The translations under genes and the position numbers were made by a program. The notes under the pieces were generated by a model that saw nothing but the letters and a program-made list of their open reading frames with translations, was not told the origin of the DNA and made no database searches. Shown here piece after piece: positions 8,465 through 18,248 of a stretch of DNA of 64,000 nucleotides; position 1 is the stretch's first letter; each line of letters opens with the position of its first letter. The DNA is from an uncultured Bacteroidota bacterium (GTDB taxonomy: Bacteria > Bacteroidota > Bacteroidia > Flavobacteriales > Flavobacteriaceae): contig CABYFY010000003.1 of NCBI GenBank assembly GCA_902518355.1, positions 73,502-137,501 on the forward strand. Reading direction: 5' to 3'.

Positions 8465-8938
8465 ATGAGTAAAATTTCATATTATACAGCCGAAGGTCTA
8501 AAAAAATTAAAAGATGAATTAAATCATCTTAAAGATGTTGAAAGACCAAAAGCATCAAATGCTATTGCTGAGGCAAGAGACAAGGGAGATTTAAGTGAAA
8601 ATGCCGAGTATGATGCTGCAAAAGAAGCCCAAGGAATGCTAGAAATGAGAATTTCAAAGCTAGAAGAAACTCTTTCAAATGCAAGAGTTATTGATGAATC
8701 TCAACTTGATAATTCTAAAGTTCTAGTATTGTCAAAGGTTAAAATCAAAAATCAGGTTAATGGTATGGTGATGGACTATATGATTGTTGCTGACGGTGAA
8801 GCAGATTTATCCAAAGGTAAAATTTCTGTAAACTCTCCCATCGGAAAGGGTCTATTAGGTAAAGCTGTTGGAGAAGTTGCTCAAATAAACGTACCTAGTG
8901 GAGTGATTAATTTTGAAATAGTTGAAATCACTCGATAA
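8465..8938 (+). CDS. greA: transcription elongation factor GreA
   Basis: MSKISYYTAEGLKKLKDELNHLK..RPK..AIAEARDKGDLSENAEYDAAKEAQ is the canonical GreA coiled-coil N-terminus. Start moved from 8414 to ATG 8465. Confidence 0.95.
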   Translation: MSKISYYTAEGLKKLKDELNHLKDVERPKASNAIAEARDKGDLSENAEYDAAKEAQGMLEMRISKLEETLSNARVIDESQLDNSKVLVLSKVKIKNQVNGMVMDYMIVADGEADLSKGKISVNSPIGKGLLGKAVGEVAQINVPSGVINFEIVEITR

Positions 8939-9337
8939 ATGCCGACAATTTTCAGTAAAATTATTAATGGTGAAATTCCCTGTTATAAAGTAGCAGAGAA
9001 CGATGAATTTTTAGCTTTTCTTGATATAAATCCAAATTCAACAGGTCATACATTATGTATTCCAAAAATTGAAGTTGATGATATTCTTGATTTAGATGAA
9101 TTAACATACAAAAATCTGATGTTGTTTTCTCGAAAAGTTGCTAAATCAATAAAAAAAGTCATCGAATGTAAAAAAGTGTCAATTGCCGTGATCGGTCTTG
9201 AGGTTCCTCATGTACATGTCCACTTAATTCCTATAAATAAAATGATAGATGCCAACTTTTCCAATAAGTTGAAATTATCAGATTCGGATTTTCGTGAAAC
9301 TGCAAAGTTGATTTCAACTTCATTCAATTCCCTTTAA
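8939..9337 (+). CDS. HIT-family (histidine triad) nucleotide hydrolase
   Basis: Histidine triad HVHVHLIP near the C-terminus. Size is typical at 132 aa. Confidence 0.9.
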   Translation: MPTIFSKIINGEIPCYKVAENDEFLAFLDINPNSTGHTLCIPKIEVDDILDLDELTYKNLMLFSRKVAKSIKKVIECKKVSIAVIGLEVPHVHVHLIPINKMIDANFSNKLKLSDSDFRETAKLISTSFNSL

Positions 9338-10456
9338 TTTAATCATCATTTTTGTTCCTTGTCCAATTGTGGATTCTTCAACCTTTATTTCCCCATTATG
9401 ATATTCCTCAATAATTCTTTTAGTAAGCGATAGACCTAATCCCCAACCCCTTTCTTTTGTTGTGACACCAGGGTTAAAAATTTTATTTCTTATAGATTTA
9501 TTTATTCCAACTCCATTGTCTGAGATGAATATTTTTACGTATCCATCAACTTTTGAAACTCTAATGCTAACTTTACCTTTTTCTTTGATTGCGTCAATAC
9601 TATTTTTTATGATATTTTCTAAACTCCAACTAAACAACTGTTTATTCAAATAAACATAGATTTCTTGTTTTGAATTATCAAATTCTAAATTGATCTTCTT
9701 ACTTAATCTTGCTCTTAAATAATCTATAGTTTTTTCAATTTCGTCATATATGTTAGCCTTATCCAATTTTGGTTTTGAACCAATTTTATTAAATCTTTCA
9801 GAAATAATATTTAGACGTTGTAAATCTTTTTCAACTTCTTTTAAGTATTTTTTTTCACTAGGTTTATTTTTTAAAAGTTCTATCCAACCCATAAGTGAAG
9901 TAAGGGGGGTCCCAATTTGATGAGCGGTTTCTTTAGCCATACCGGACCATAATAAATTCATTTCAGCAATTTTTGAACTTCTAAAAAATAAAAAAGCAAT
10001 AAAACCAAATACTCCAGCTATTATTAGAAGAGCAGCAGGATAAAATTTGAGTTTATTTAGCAAATTTGAATTTCCATAGTACAAAGTTGAAATATGATTC
10101 CCAGACAAATAAATTTTTATGGGTTCATTCTCTGAGCTAAATTTTTTAATTAAATTATTTATTTTAAGGGAATCAGAAATATTTAAATCAATAATGTTGT
10201 TAATTTCAATGTCACCATTATTATCAACTTTAATCATCGGGGTTGTTTTGTTCTTTTTAAGAACTTCTAATGTTAGATTTGAAATTTCTCCCTCAATATC
10301 AATAAGCTCTAGTGTTGCCAATGACCACAACTCCATCTTGTTTCTTTCCTCAGTTTTGAAGTTCTGAACAAAAACATAAGTATTCCATAAAATAAATGAC
10401 ACAATAATTGACAATAAAAGTATTATCAGCCAGTTTTTGTTTTTGTTATTTTTCAT
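9320..10456 (-). CDS. membrane-bound sensor histidine kinase (no response regulator adjacent)
   Basis: Two transmembrane segments flank a sensor domain. H-box ETAHQIGTPLTSL, and G-boxes DNGVGI and GWGLGLS. Confidence 0.9.
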   Translation of the reverse strand: MKNNKNKNWLIILLLSIIVSFILWNTYVFVQNFKTEERNKMELWSLATLELIDIEGEISNLTLEVLKKNKTTPMIKVDNNGDIEINNIIDLNISDSLKINNLIKKFSSENEPIKIYLSGNHISTLYYGNSNLLNKLKFYPAALLIIAGVFGFIAFLFFRSSKIAEMNLLWSGMAKETAHQIGTPLTSLMGWIELLKNKPSEKKYLKEVEKDLQRLNIISERFNKIGSKPKLDKANIYDEIEKTIDYLRARLSKKINLEFDNSKQEIYVYLNKQLFSWSLENIIKNSIDAIKEKGKVSIRVSKVDGYVKIFISDNGVGINKSIRNKIFNPGVTTKERGWGLGLSLTKRIIEEYHNGEIKVEESTIGQGTKMMIKLKGIE

Positions 10457-10564
10457 TGAAATTTAGACTTAGTGATTTTAAATATAATTAGTTAATATAT
10501 AAATTTAACTTCAATAATTCTTATTTATTATCTATCTTCATATTTACTATAAAAATTAATATAT

Positions 10565-10942
10565 ATGGAAGTACAAGGGTCAATCAAGGTTATAGGAGAA
10601 GTTCAGGAAATCAGTGCAACATTTAAAAAAAGAGAATTAGTTGTTTCAACCGATGAGCAATATCCACAAACACTATCCATTGAATTTATCCAAGATAAAA
10701 CTGATCTATTAAATAAATTTGAGATTGGTCAAAATGTTAAAGTTGGTATTAATCTAAGGGGTAGAGAATGGGAGAATCCACAAACTAAGGAAATAAAATA
10801 TTTTAATTCGATTCAAGGGTGGAGAATTGAGCTTTTAGAAAATTCTAATTCTGATGATGACTTACCCCCACTAGATAATTTAAGTCCATTCGAGCCTGCA
10901 TCTGAAACAAATGATGAAGACTTAGATGATCTACCTTTCTAA
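10565..10942 (+). CDS. DUF3127-like small protein with an SSB-type acidic C-terminal tip
   Basis: The N-terminal ~90 aa resemble DUF3127 by recall (KRELVV..EQYPQ..IEF). The C-terminus is acidic and ends DEDLDDLPF. Confidence 0.75.
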   Translation: MEVQGSIKVIGEVQEISATFKKRELVVSTDEQYPQTLSIEFIQDKTDLLNKFEIGQNVKVGINLRGREWENPQTKEIKYFNSIQGWRIELLENSNSDDDLPPLDNLSPFEPASETNDEDLDDLPF

Positions 10943-10945
10943 ATT

Positions 10946-12565
10946 ATGTTATCATTTGAAGAATTAAATAAGCACAATGAAAGAGATGATTTTTTGTCTT
11001 TACTCAAAGAAAAGTTATCGGAAAAGCGCTACAATAAAATTATTAAAAAAAGTAATTACAATAAAACAATCGTTGCCTTACAAACTGATCTAGTTAATCT
11101 TCAAAATTGGATTATTAACAACAATAAAAGGTTGTGTGTAATTTTTGAGGGTCGTGATGCGGCTGGAAAAGGAGGTGCGATTAAAAGATTTGTCGAGCAT
11201 TTAAACCCAAGAAATTCACGTGTTGTTGCTTTGGCTGAACCAACGCATATAGAAAAAGGTCAGTGGTATTTTCAAAGATATCTTAAGCAGATGCCTAATC
11301 CTGGCGAGATGGTTTTCTTTGATAGAAGCTGGTACAATAGAGCTATTGTAGAGCCTGTAATGGGTTTTTGTAAAAAAAACGATTATGAATTATTCATGAA
11401 TCAAGTCAATAATTTCGAAAAAATGTTGGTTGACGATGGAATTATATTATTGAAATTATGGTTTTCTATATCAAAACAGGAACAAAGAATAAGATTCATA
11501 AATCGATTATCAAATCCGCTAAAAACTTGGAAGTTTAGTGATGTTGACATGGAGGGTCAGAAAAGATGGGACATTTACACTAAGTACAAAGAAAAAATGT
11601 TTGCTAAGACTAATTTGGAATATGCACCATGGAAAATTATAGACAGTAATGATAAGCTAGATGCAAGAGTAGATTCAATAAAATACGTACTATCAAAATT
11701 TAAAAAATTCAAAGAAACCGAAAAAATTAAATTGAAACCCAAAGCTGTCAAAAACGAGAAAAAAATAAACTATTCATCTAAAGATTTAAAATTATTAAAT
11801 AAAGATAAAGCCTTAATTAATTTATTATCAAGAGATGATGCAACTTTGATCAAAACACTACGCTATGTTAAGTTTGAAAGAAGATTAAAAAAGTTACAAT
11901 TGGAAATGATCAAGCTTCAAAACTGGGTTTATGAAAAAAACAAAAAAGTTATAGTTGTATTTGAAGGAAGAGATGCTGCTGGAAAAGGAGGAGCAATAAG
12001 AAGAGCAATTCAAAATCTTAATCCAAGGAAACTTAGGGTTGTTGCTCTGCCAAAACCATCTGAGACTGAACAAGGGCAATGGTATTTTCAAAGATATGTT
12101 CAACATTTTCCTAAAAATGGGGAAATAGTTTTTTTTGATAGATCGTGGTATAATAGAGCGGTTGTTGAGCCTGTCAATGGTTTTTGCTCAAAAGAGCAGT
12201 ATTCTAATTTTATGAATCATGTCAATGCCTTTGAACAGATGATAATTGATGATGATATTATATTATTAAAAGTATACTTTTCAATATCTAAAAATACTCA
12301 GCAAAAGAGGTTTAACGAGATAAAGGCTAGTTCATTAAAAAAATGGAAATTTACAGAGGTTGATGGTAAAGCTCAAAAACTTTGGGATAAATACACTAAT
12401 TATAAAGATGAGATGTTTGAAAAAACAAATACTAAAATAGCACCTTGGAATATTATTAGCGCAGACAGAAAGATTGATGCAAGAATTGATGCCATAAATT
12501 TGATATTGAAAAATATTTCTTACGATAAATCAACTCAAATACACTCTAAGGAAATTAAATTTTAA
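10946..12565 (+). CDS. ppk2: two-domain polyphosphate kinase 2 (PPK2) family protein
   Basis: Internal duplication. FEGRDAAGKGGAI, WYFQRY and FFDRSWYNRA each occur twice, in the N and C halves. Confidence 0.9.
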   Translation: MLSFEELNKHNERDDFLSLLKEKLSEKRYNKIIKKSNYNKTIVALQTDLVNLQNWIINNNKRLCVIFEGRDAAGKGGAIKRFVEHLNPRNSRVVALAEPTHIEKGQWYFQRYLKQMPNPGEMVFFDRSWYNRAIVEPVMGFCKKNDYELFMNQVNNFEKMLVDDGIILLKLWFSISKQEQRIRFINRLSNPLKTWKFSDVDMEGQKRWDIYTKYKEKMFAKTNLEYAPWKIIDSNDKLDARVDSIKYVLSKFKKFKETEKIKLKPKAVKNEKKINYSSKDLKLLNKDKALINLLSRDDATLIKTLRYVKFERRLKKLQLEMIKLQNWVYEKNKKVIVVFEGRDAAGKGGAIRRAIQNLNPRKLRVVALPKPSETEQGQWYFQRYVQHFPKNGEIVFFDRSWYNRAVVEPVNGFCSKEQYSNFMNHVNAFEQMIIDDDIILLKVYFSISKNTQQKRFNEIKASSLKKWKFTEVDGKAQKLWDKYTNYKDEMFEKTNTKIAPWNIISADRKIDARIDAINLILKNISYDKSTQIHSKEIKF

Positions 12566-12566
12566 A

Positions 12567-13247
12567 TTATATATTTCTGATAAAACTCATCAATTTATAA
12601 GACTTATCAACTGAATATTCTCCTATGGATGTTCTTCTAAGTTCTGAAAGATGTGCTCCAGACCCTAATTCTTTTCCATAGTCTTTTGCAAGAGATCTTA
12701 TGTAAGTTCCCTTGCTACAGCAAACAGAAAACTCTATTTCTGGAAAATTTATGGATGTAATTGTAAAGTCATGAATTGTGATTTCTCTTTTTTCAACTTT
12801 TACATCTACACCTCTTCTTGCGAGTTTGTATAATCTTACTCCATCTTTTTTTACTGCCGAAAAAATGGGAGGTTTTTGTAATATTTTTCCGGTAAATTTC
12901 TTTGCAGTATTTAGTATTAGTTCGTCATTTATATGATCCGTTGGGTAATATACATTAGGTTTGGTTTCAAGGTCGTAAGAAGGTGTAGTGGACCCAATAG
13001 TTATTTTTCCGGTATAAGTTTTATTTAAGCATGAAAATTCGTCAATTCTTTTTGTCATTCTCCCTGTACATATAATAAGTAGTCCAGTTGCAAGAGGGTC
13101 TAGTGTCCCTGCGTGACCAACCTTAATTTTTTTTAAATCAAGTTTCTTTTTTATCGAATTTCTGAGCTTACTCACAACATCAAATGAAGTCCAATTTAAT
13201 TCTTTGTCAATTAGAATTATTTCACCATTTTGAAAATCTAAATTCAT
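12567..13247 (-). CDS. truB: tRNA pseudouridine(55) synthase
   Basis: Catalytic motif GHAGTLDPLATGLL. TruB-like length and order of conserved blocks. Confidence 0.93.
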   Translation of the reverse strand: MNLDFQNGEIILIDKELNWTSFDVVSKLRNSIKKKLDLKKIKVGHAGTLDPLATGLLIICTGRMTKRIDEFSCLNKTYTGKITIGSTTPSYDLETKPNVYYPTDHINDELILNTAKKFTGKILQKPPIFSAVKKDGVRLYKLARRGVDVKVEKREITIHDFTITSINFPEIEFSVCCSKGTYIRSLAKDYGKELGSGAHLSELRRTSIGEYSVDKSYKLMSFIRNI

Positions 13248-13252
13248 TTATT

Positions 13253-14038
13253 TTAAATTATAAAAATTGAAATTATTCCAAGAACAAAACAATAGAAGCT
13301 AAAATATATCAAGTTGTTATTTGCTACTATTTTCAACATTAGTTTACATGCCAAAACTCCGGTTAAAAATGAAGATATAAACCCAATTATTAGTATTGAA
13401 ATTTTGATTTCATTGTCAAAAATATCTCCTGATAAAACATCTTTTAGTATTGCTCCAAATATTACTGGGATAACTATTAAAAAAGAAAATTTAGCTGCCT
13501 CACTTTTATTATTTCCTAAAAAAAGTGAGGTGCAAATTGTCGCTCCAGATCTCGAAATTCCAGGAATAACGGCAAATGCTTGAGATAATCCAATAATAAG
13601 TGCATGAACTTTAGATATTTTAAAATTTTTGGTTTTTAAAATTTTTGTCAGAAAAAGTAGTGTTCCGGTTATAATTAGCATTATACCTACGAGAGTCATA
13701 TTTCCAGAGAACAAAAACTCTATTTCATCACTTAACAAAAACCCTACAAGTCCGGCAGGAACTATGGCTATTAAAATCTTGATAACATATGATTTACTGT
13801 TTTTATTTTCTTTGTTAAACAATCCTTTGATCAAATCATATATATCTTTTCTAAATACCAGAATTGTACTTAGGGCGGTAGCAAAATGCAAAACAGACGT
13901 CATTAATAAATTATCAGAAGGTAGTTGATTTGTACTGAGTAATTCTCTTGTAATTTCAAGGTGGCCACTCGATGATACTGGTAAGAATTCTGTTAAACCT
14001 TGAATAACACCTAGGATAATAGCATCTATTTCATTCAT
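13253..14038 (-). CDS. uppP: undecaprenyl-diphosphate phosphatase
   Basis: GLTEFLPVSSSGHL and PGISRSGATI motifs. Polytopic membrane protein of 261 aa. Confidence 0.93.
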   Translation of the reverse strand: MNEIDAIILGVIQGLTEFLPVSSSGHLEITRELLSTNQLPSDNLLMTSVLHFATALSTILVFRKDIYDLIKGLFNKENKNSKSYVIKILIAIVPAGLVGFLLSDEIEFLFSGNMTLVGIMLIITGTLLFLTKILKTKNFKISKVHALIIGLSQAFAVIPGISRSGATICTSLFLGNNKSEAAKFSFLIVIPVIFGAILKDVLSGDIFDNEIKISILIIGFISSFLTGVLACKLMLKIVANNNLIYFSFYCFVLGIISIFII

Positions 14039-14040
14039 TT

Positions 14041-14280
14041 TTATTTTTTTGGAGATTTTAGAATTGCGTAAACTTGAATTCCAAATCCAATCAAAATAAA
14101 AGCAGGTGAAAGTCTAATTCTTTGAAAATTATAAATCTCCTCGGAGAATATATTTGGATCTTTACTTCCTCCCCCAAGCATAAGTAAAAAACCAATAATA
14201 ATAAATAGAATTCCAATTATAACATACTTATAATTAGACTTGTCAAACAAGAAATCTTTTTTCTTTTTCATATTAAACAT
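14041..14280 (-). CDS. small two-TM membrane protein (DUF3098-like)
   Basis: 79 aa with two hydrophobic helices. It occupies the conserved position between ftsX and uppP seen in Bacteroidota (recall). Confidence 0.65.
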   Translation of the reverse strand: MFNMKKKKDFLFDKSNYKYVIIGILFIIIGFLLMLGGGSKDPNIFSEEIYNFQRIRLSPAFILIGFGIQVYAILKSPKK

Positions 14281-15136
14281 CCAAATTATCAGCTTTTATT
14301 TTCAAAATATTTTGAGTTGCAAAGAATGTGCTAATATAACTAATAAACAATCCAAGACTTAAAATGATTAAGAATAAAGTTATAACAGATTCAATACTTA
14401 TGTTATCAACAAATGAGATATTTAAATCAATATAATAAATCAATAAAATTATTGCTGATATTGAAATAATAGATGAAATTAAACTTAAGAAAATATTGAT
14501 TTTTATAAATGGCTTTCTGATAAATGCTTTTGTTGCACCAACAAGTTGCATTGTTTTGATAAGTTGTCTATTTGAATAAATTGACAGTCTAATTGAACTA
14601 TTTATAACTAGAAATGTAATTATTAATAATATGATTATTGAGGGCATTAGCCACAAAGAAATTCTTTTAATATTATCATTAATTATATTAATTAAATTCT
14701 TATCGTAAACAATTTCATCAACATAATTTTTGTTTTCAATAAGTTTAGAAATACTATCTAGTAAAATCGCTTCCACGTATTCACTTTTCAAATTAAAATC
14801 AATCGAATTAACAAGAGGATTAAAACCCAATTCTTTGATAAAATCTTGACCATATTCATCTTTCATAATCAGTACAGCCTCATCTTTTGAAACATATTTT
14901 AGTTTTTCTACATAATCACTCATTAAGATTTCATTTTGTAGTTGAGTGATTTCAATATTTTTTGCATCTTCCTTAAAAAAAATTGAAACAGAAAAATTTT
15001 CTTTGAATGAATTAGCTAATGAATTTGAGCTAATAAAGAAAATACCAAAAAAACCAAATAAAAATAAAACTACAGACATTATGATAGTTATTGAAATGTA
15101 TGATGTAAAAAGTCTTCTGTTTTTAATATTTGCCAT
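14273..15136 (-). CDS. ftsX: cell-division permease-like protein FtsX
   Basis: N-terminal TM segment, a periplasmic domain, and three C-terminal TM segments with IKTMQLVGATKAFIRKPF. Confidence 0.85.
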   Translation of the reverse strand: MANIKNRRLFTSYISITIIMSVVLFLFGFFGIFFISSNSLANSFKENFSVSIFFKEDAKNIEITQLQNEILMSDYVEKLKYVSKDEAVLIMKDEYGQDFIKELGFNPLVNSIDFNLKSEYVEAILLDSISKLIENKNYVDEIVYDKNLINIINDNIKRISLWLMPSIIILLIITFLVINSSIRLSIYSNRQLIKTMQLVGATKAFIRKPFIKINIFLSLISSIISISAIILLIYYIDLNISFVDNISIESVITLFLIILSLGLFISYISTFFATQNILKIKADNLDV

Positions 15137-15220
15137 TAAATAGTTCTCGCTTTTGATTTCTTCATAAAAGTAATGAAGAAATCAATAATTAAAAAGATTT
15201 TCTATTGTTAGTAGAAAATG

Positions 15221-15228
15221 TAAATTTG
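15221..15228 (+). promoter_or_regulatory. candidate -7 promoter element (TAnnTTTG) for leuS
   Basis: TAAATTTG, 24 nt upstream of ATG 15252. Confidence 0.4.
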
Positions 15229-15251
15229 TTTTTTTGGTCAATATAAATATC

Positions 15252-17936
15252 ATGGAATATAATTTTGTAAGTATAGAAGAAAAATGGCAAAGATATTGGC
15301 GTGAAAAAAAAGTATACAATTCTAGTAACAGCTCTGACTTACCAAAATATTACGTTCTTGATATGTTTCCTTACCCGTCAGGGTCAGGATTACATGTTGG
15401 TCATCCTTTAGGTTACATAGCTTCAGATATTATTTCAAGATACAAAAGGACAAAAGGTTTTAATGTACTGCATCCCATGGGTTTTGATTCATTTGGATTA
15501 CCTGCCGAGCAATATGCCATAAAAACCGGTCAACACCCTAAAATCACTACTGAAAATAATATCGTAAGATTCAAAGAACAACTGAATAAACTAGGTTTAT
15601 CATATGATTGGGATAGAGAAATAAAAACAAGTGATAGTAGTTACTATAAATGGACTCAGTGGATTTTTTTAAAACTCTACAATTCATATTTCGATAAAGA
15701 AAAAAATAAAGCAGTCAATATTGACGATTTGAAAATTCCAAAAGGACTTGAAAATGATCAAATAAATAAATTCATTGACAGTAAAAGATTAGCCTACATT
15801 GATACAATCGATGTTAACTGGTGTGAAGAGTTAGGTACTGTTTTAGCAAATGAAGAAGTAATCGGAGGATTAAGTGAAAGAGGAGGTTATCCAGTTATAA
15901 GAAAACCAATGAAACAATGGGTAATGAGAATAACCGATTATGCAGATAGGTTATTAGAAGATTTAGAAGATCTCGATTGGCCTGAGTCAATCAAATCATC
16001 TCAAAGAAATTGGATTGGAAAATCAGAAGGTGCTGAAATCAGTTTTCAAGTAGACAACAATAATAAAATAGATGTGTTTACTACAAGACCTGATACAATT
16101 TTTGGTGCTACTTATTTAGTTCTTGCTCCTGAGCACCCAATACTTGATTTAATTGTTGCTGAAAATCAAAAAGAAGAAATAAATAAATATAAAGAAATTT
16201 CTTCCTCAAAGAGTGATTTGGAAAGACAGGAAAATCAAAAAAATAAGACAGGAGTTTTTACGGGATCCTATGCTATTAATCCAATGTCAAATAAAAAAAT
16301 ACCCATATGGATTTCTGATTATGTTTTATATGGATATGGAACTGGAGCTATAATGGCAGTTCCTGCTCATGACGAAAGAGACTATGAGTTTGCCAATAAA
16401 TTTAATCTTGAAATAGTAAAGGTTATAAATAGCAAAGACGATTTTTATTCAGGCTCAGGTGAAATAATTAATTCAGGCAAATATGACGGTATTGACAGTT
16501 TAGAATTTAAGGCTGTAGTTACTGAGATTTTAGAAAAAAAAGGAATGGGTAAAAAGACAACGAATTATAAACTAAGGGATTGGATCTTTACAAGACAAAG
16601 GTATTGGGGTGAACCTATCCCAATTTTACATTCTGATAATGGAACTAAATCAATTGATGAAAAGAATTTACCTCTTGAACTTCCTGAGGTGGATTCATAC
16701 TTACCAACAGCTGATGGCATGTCACCGTTAGCAAGAAATGATGAATGGAAATCTGTTTCAATAGACGGAAAAAAATATTTTAGAGAAACTAATACAATGC
16801 CTCAGTGGGCTGGCTCGTGCTGGTATTATTTAAGATTTTTAGATCCAAAAAATGAATTTAACTTCGCATCCGAGGAAAGCATAAAATATTGGATGCCAGT
16901 CGATTTATATATTGGTGGAGCTGAACATGCAGTATTACATTTATTGTACTCAAGGTTTTGGCATAAGGTTTTGTATGATTTGAATTTTGTGAATACTAAA
17001 GAACCTTTCAAAAAGTTAGTCAATCAGGGTATGATTCTTGGAAACAGTGCATACATTTTTAGAAAAACTGATCAGACTGGATATGTTTCCGTTGAACTTG
17101 AAAAAAAATATTCAACACAAAAAATTCTGGTTGATATTAAATATGTTAATGAAAAAAATGAACTTAATATTGAATTATTGAGAAAAGAAAACTCACAATT
17201 TGAAAAAGCAGTTTTTGAGTTTGACAGTACTTTTAAAGTTCACCGGGAAGTAGAAAAAATGTCAAAATCTAAATATAATGTTGTAAATCCAGACGAAATT
17301 TGTGAAAAATTTGGTACGGATACTTTAAGGATGTATGAAATGTTTCTTGGTCCTCTAGAGCAATCAAAACCATGGAATACTGCTGGAATTTCTGGAGTTC
17401 ACAATTTCTTAAAAAAGTTCTGGAAACTTTATTTTGACTCCAATAGTCTTAAAGTTGATGATTCTAAACCAAACGATAACAATCTAAAGGTTCTTCATAA
17501 ATGTATTAAAAAGGTTTCCTCTGATATAGAGTCGTTTTCTTTCAATACAGCAGTTTCAACTTTAATGATAACTGTGAACGAATTAACTGCACAAAAATGT
17601 AGAAGTAAAGAAATCTTGGAACCCCTATTGATAGTATTGTCCTCATTTGCGCCTCATATTTGCGAAGAAATTTGGGAAAGAATGGGTAATACTGAATCAA
17701 TAGTTTATTCATCTTTCCCTGAATACTCTGAATGTTATTTGCAAGACAGTAAAAAAATATATCCTGTTTCAATTAACGGAAAATTAAAATACAAAATTGA
17801 ATTACCATCTGATTTTTCTAAAGAAGAGATAGAAGCAGCTATATTATCAGATGAGATTTTTATAAAAAAATTAGAAGGAAATAAGCCAAAACGAGTTATT
17901 GTTATACCTGGAAAAATCATAAATTTTGTTATTTGA
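15252..17936 (+). CDS. leuS: leucine--tRNA ligase
   Basis: HIGH-type motif (HVGHPLGY), KMSKS, and MEYNF..IEEKWQRYW at the N-terminus. The ORF track start (TTG 15234) is replaced by ATG 15252. Confidence 0.97.
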   Translation: MEYNFVSIEEKWQRYWREKKVYNSSNSSDLPKYYVLDMFPYPSGSGLHVGHPLGYIASDIISRYKRTKGFNVLHPMGFDSFGLPAEQYAIKTGQHPKITTENNIVRFKEQLNKLGLSYDWDREIKTSDSSYYKWTQWIFLKLYNSYFDKEKNKAVNIDDLKIPKGLENDQINKFIDSKRLAYIDTIDVNWCEELGTVLANEEVIGGLSERGGYPVIRKPMKQWVMRITDYADRLLEDLEDLDWPESIKSSQRNWIGKSEGAEISFQVDNNNKIDVFTTRPDTIFGATYLVLAPEHPILDLIVAENQKEEINKYKEISSSKSDLERQENQKNKTGVFTGSYAINPMSNKKIPIWISDYVLYGYGTGAIMAVPAHDERDYEFANKFNLEIVKVINSKDDFYSGSGEIINSGKYDGIDSLEFKAVVTEILEKKGMGKKTTNYKLRDWIFTRQRYWGEPIPILHSDNGTKSIDEKNLPLELPEVDSYLPTADGMSPLARNDEWKSVSIDGKKYFRETNTMPQWAGSCWYYLRFLDPKNEFNFASEESIKYWMPVDLYIGGAEHAVLHLLYSRFWHKVLYDLNFVNTKEPFKKLVNQGMILGNSAYIFRKTDQTGYVSVELEKKYSTQKILVDIKYVNEKNELNIELLRKENSQFEKAVFEFDSTFKVHREVEKMSKSKYNVVNPDEICEKFGTDTLRMYEMFLGPLEQSKPWNTAGISGVHNFLKKFWKLYFDSNSLKVDDSKPNDNNLKVLHKCIKKVSSDIESFSFNTAVSTLMITVNELTAQKCRSKEILEPLLIVLSSFAPHICEEIWERMGNTESIVYSSFPEYSECYLQDSKKIYPVSINGKLKYKIELPSDFSKEEIEAAILSDEIFIKKLEGNKPKRVIVIPGKIINFVI

Positions 17937-18247
17937 TGACATTTGCTGTGATTTTTACATCTTTACTCATAGCCCTTAGCGGCTATATTGTTAATGAAAA
18001 GAATGCAGATGTTTTATTGGCTGGTTATAATACAATGTCAAAAGACGAAAAAAACAGATTTGATTTAATAAATTATCTTAAATTTTTTAGAAAATTTATG
18101 CTAAATGTTTCAATTTACACAGCAATAATTTATTTTATTTCAACTATATTTTTTAATATCGAAACCAGCGCGATAATTTATGCTATTGCTGTTTGTATTC
18201 CTTGGCCTTATTTTATTATTATTTCTAATAAAAGATTTATAAAGTAA
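17933..18247 (+). CDS. small membrane protein (DUF3784-like)
   Basis: Three hydrophobic helices and an AGYNTMSKDEKNRFD loop. Its start overlaps the leuS stop (ATGA). Confidence 0.6.
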   Translation: MMTFAVIFTSLLIALSGYIVNEKNADVLLAGYNTMSKDEKNRFDLINYLKFFRKFMLNVSIYTAIIYFISTIFFNIETSAIIYAIAVCIPWPYFIIISNKRFIK

Positions 18248-18248
18248 T

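Noticed and set aside
15137-15251. Searched upstream of leuS, and upstream of tyrS (27273..27303), for T-box or other leader RNAs.
   Set aside because: The intergenic regions are short and lack a specifier-loop/T-box motif or a convincing terminator/antiterminator pair. T-boxes are also not expected in this phylum.
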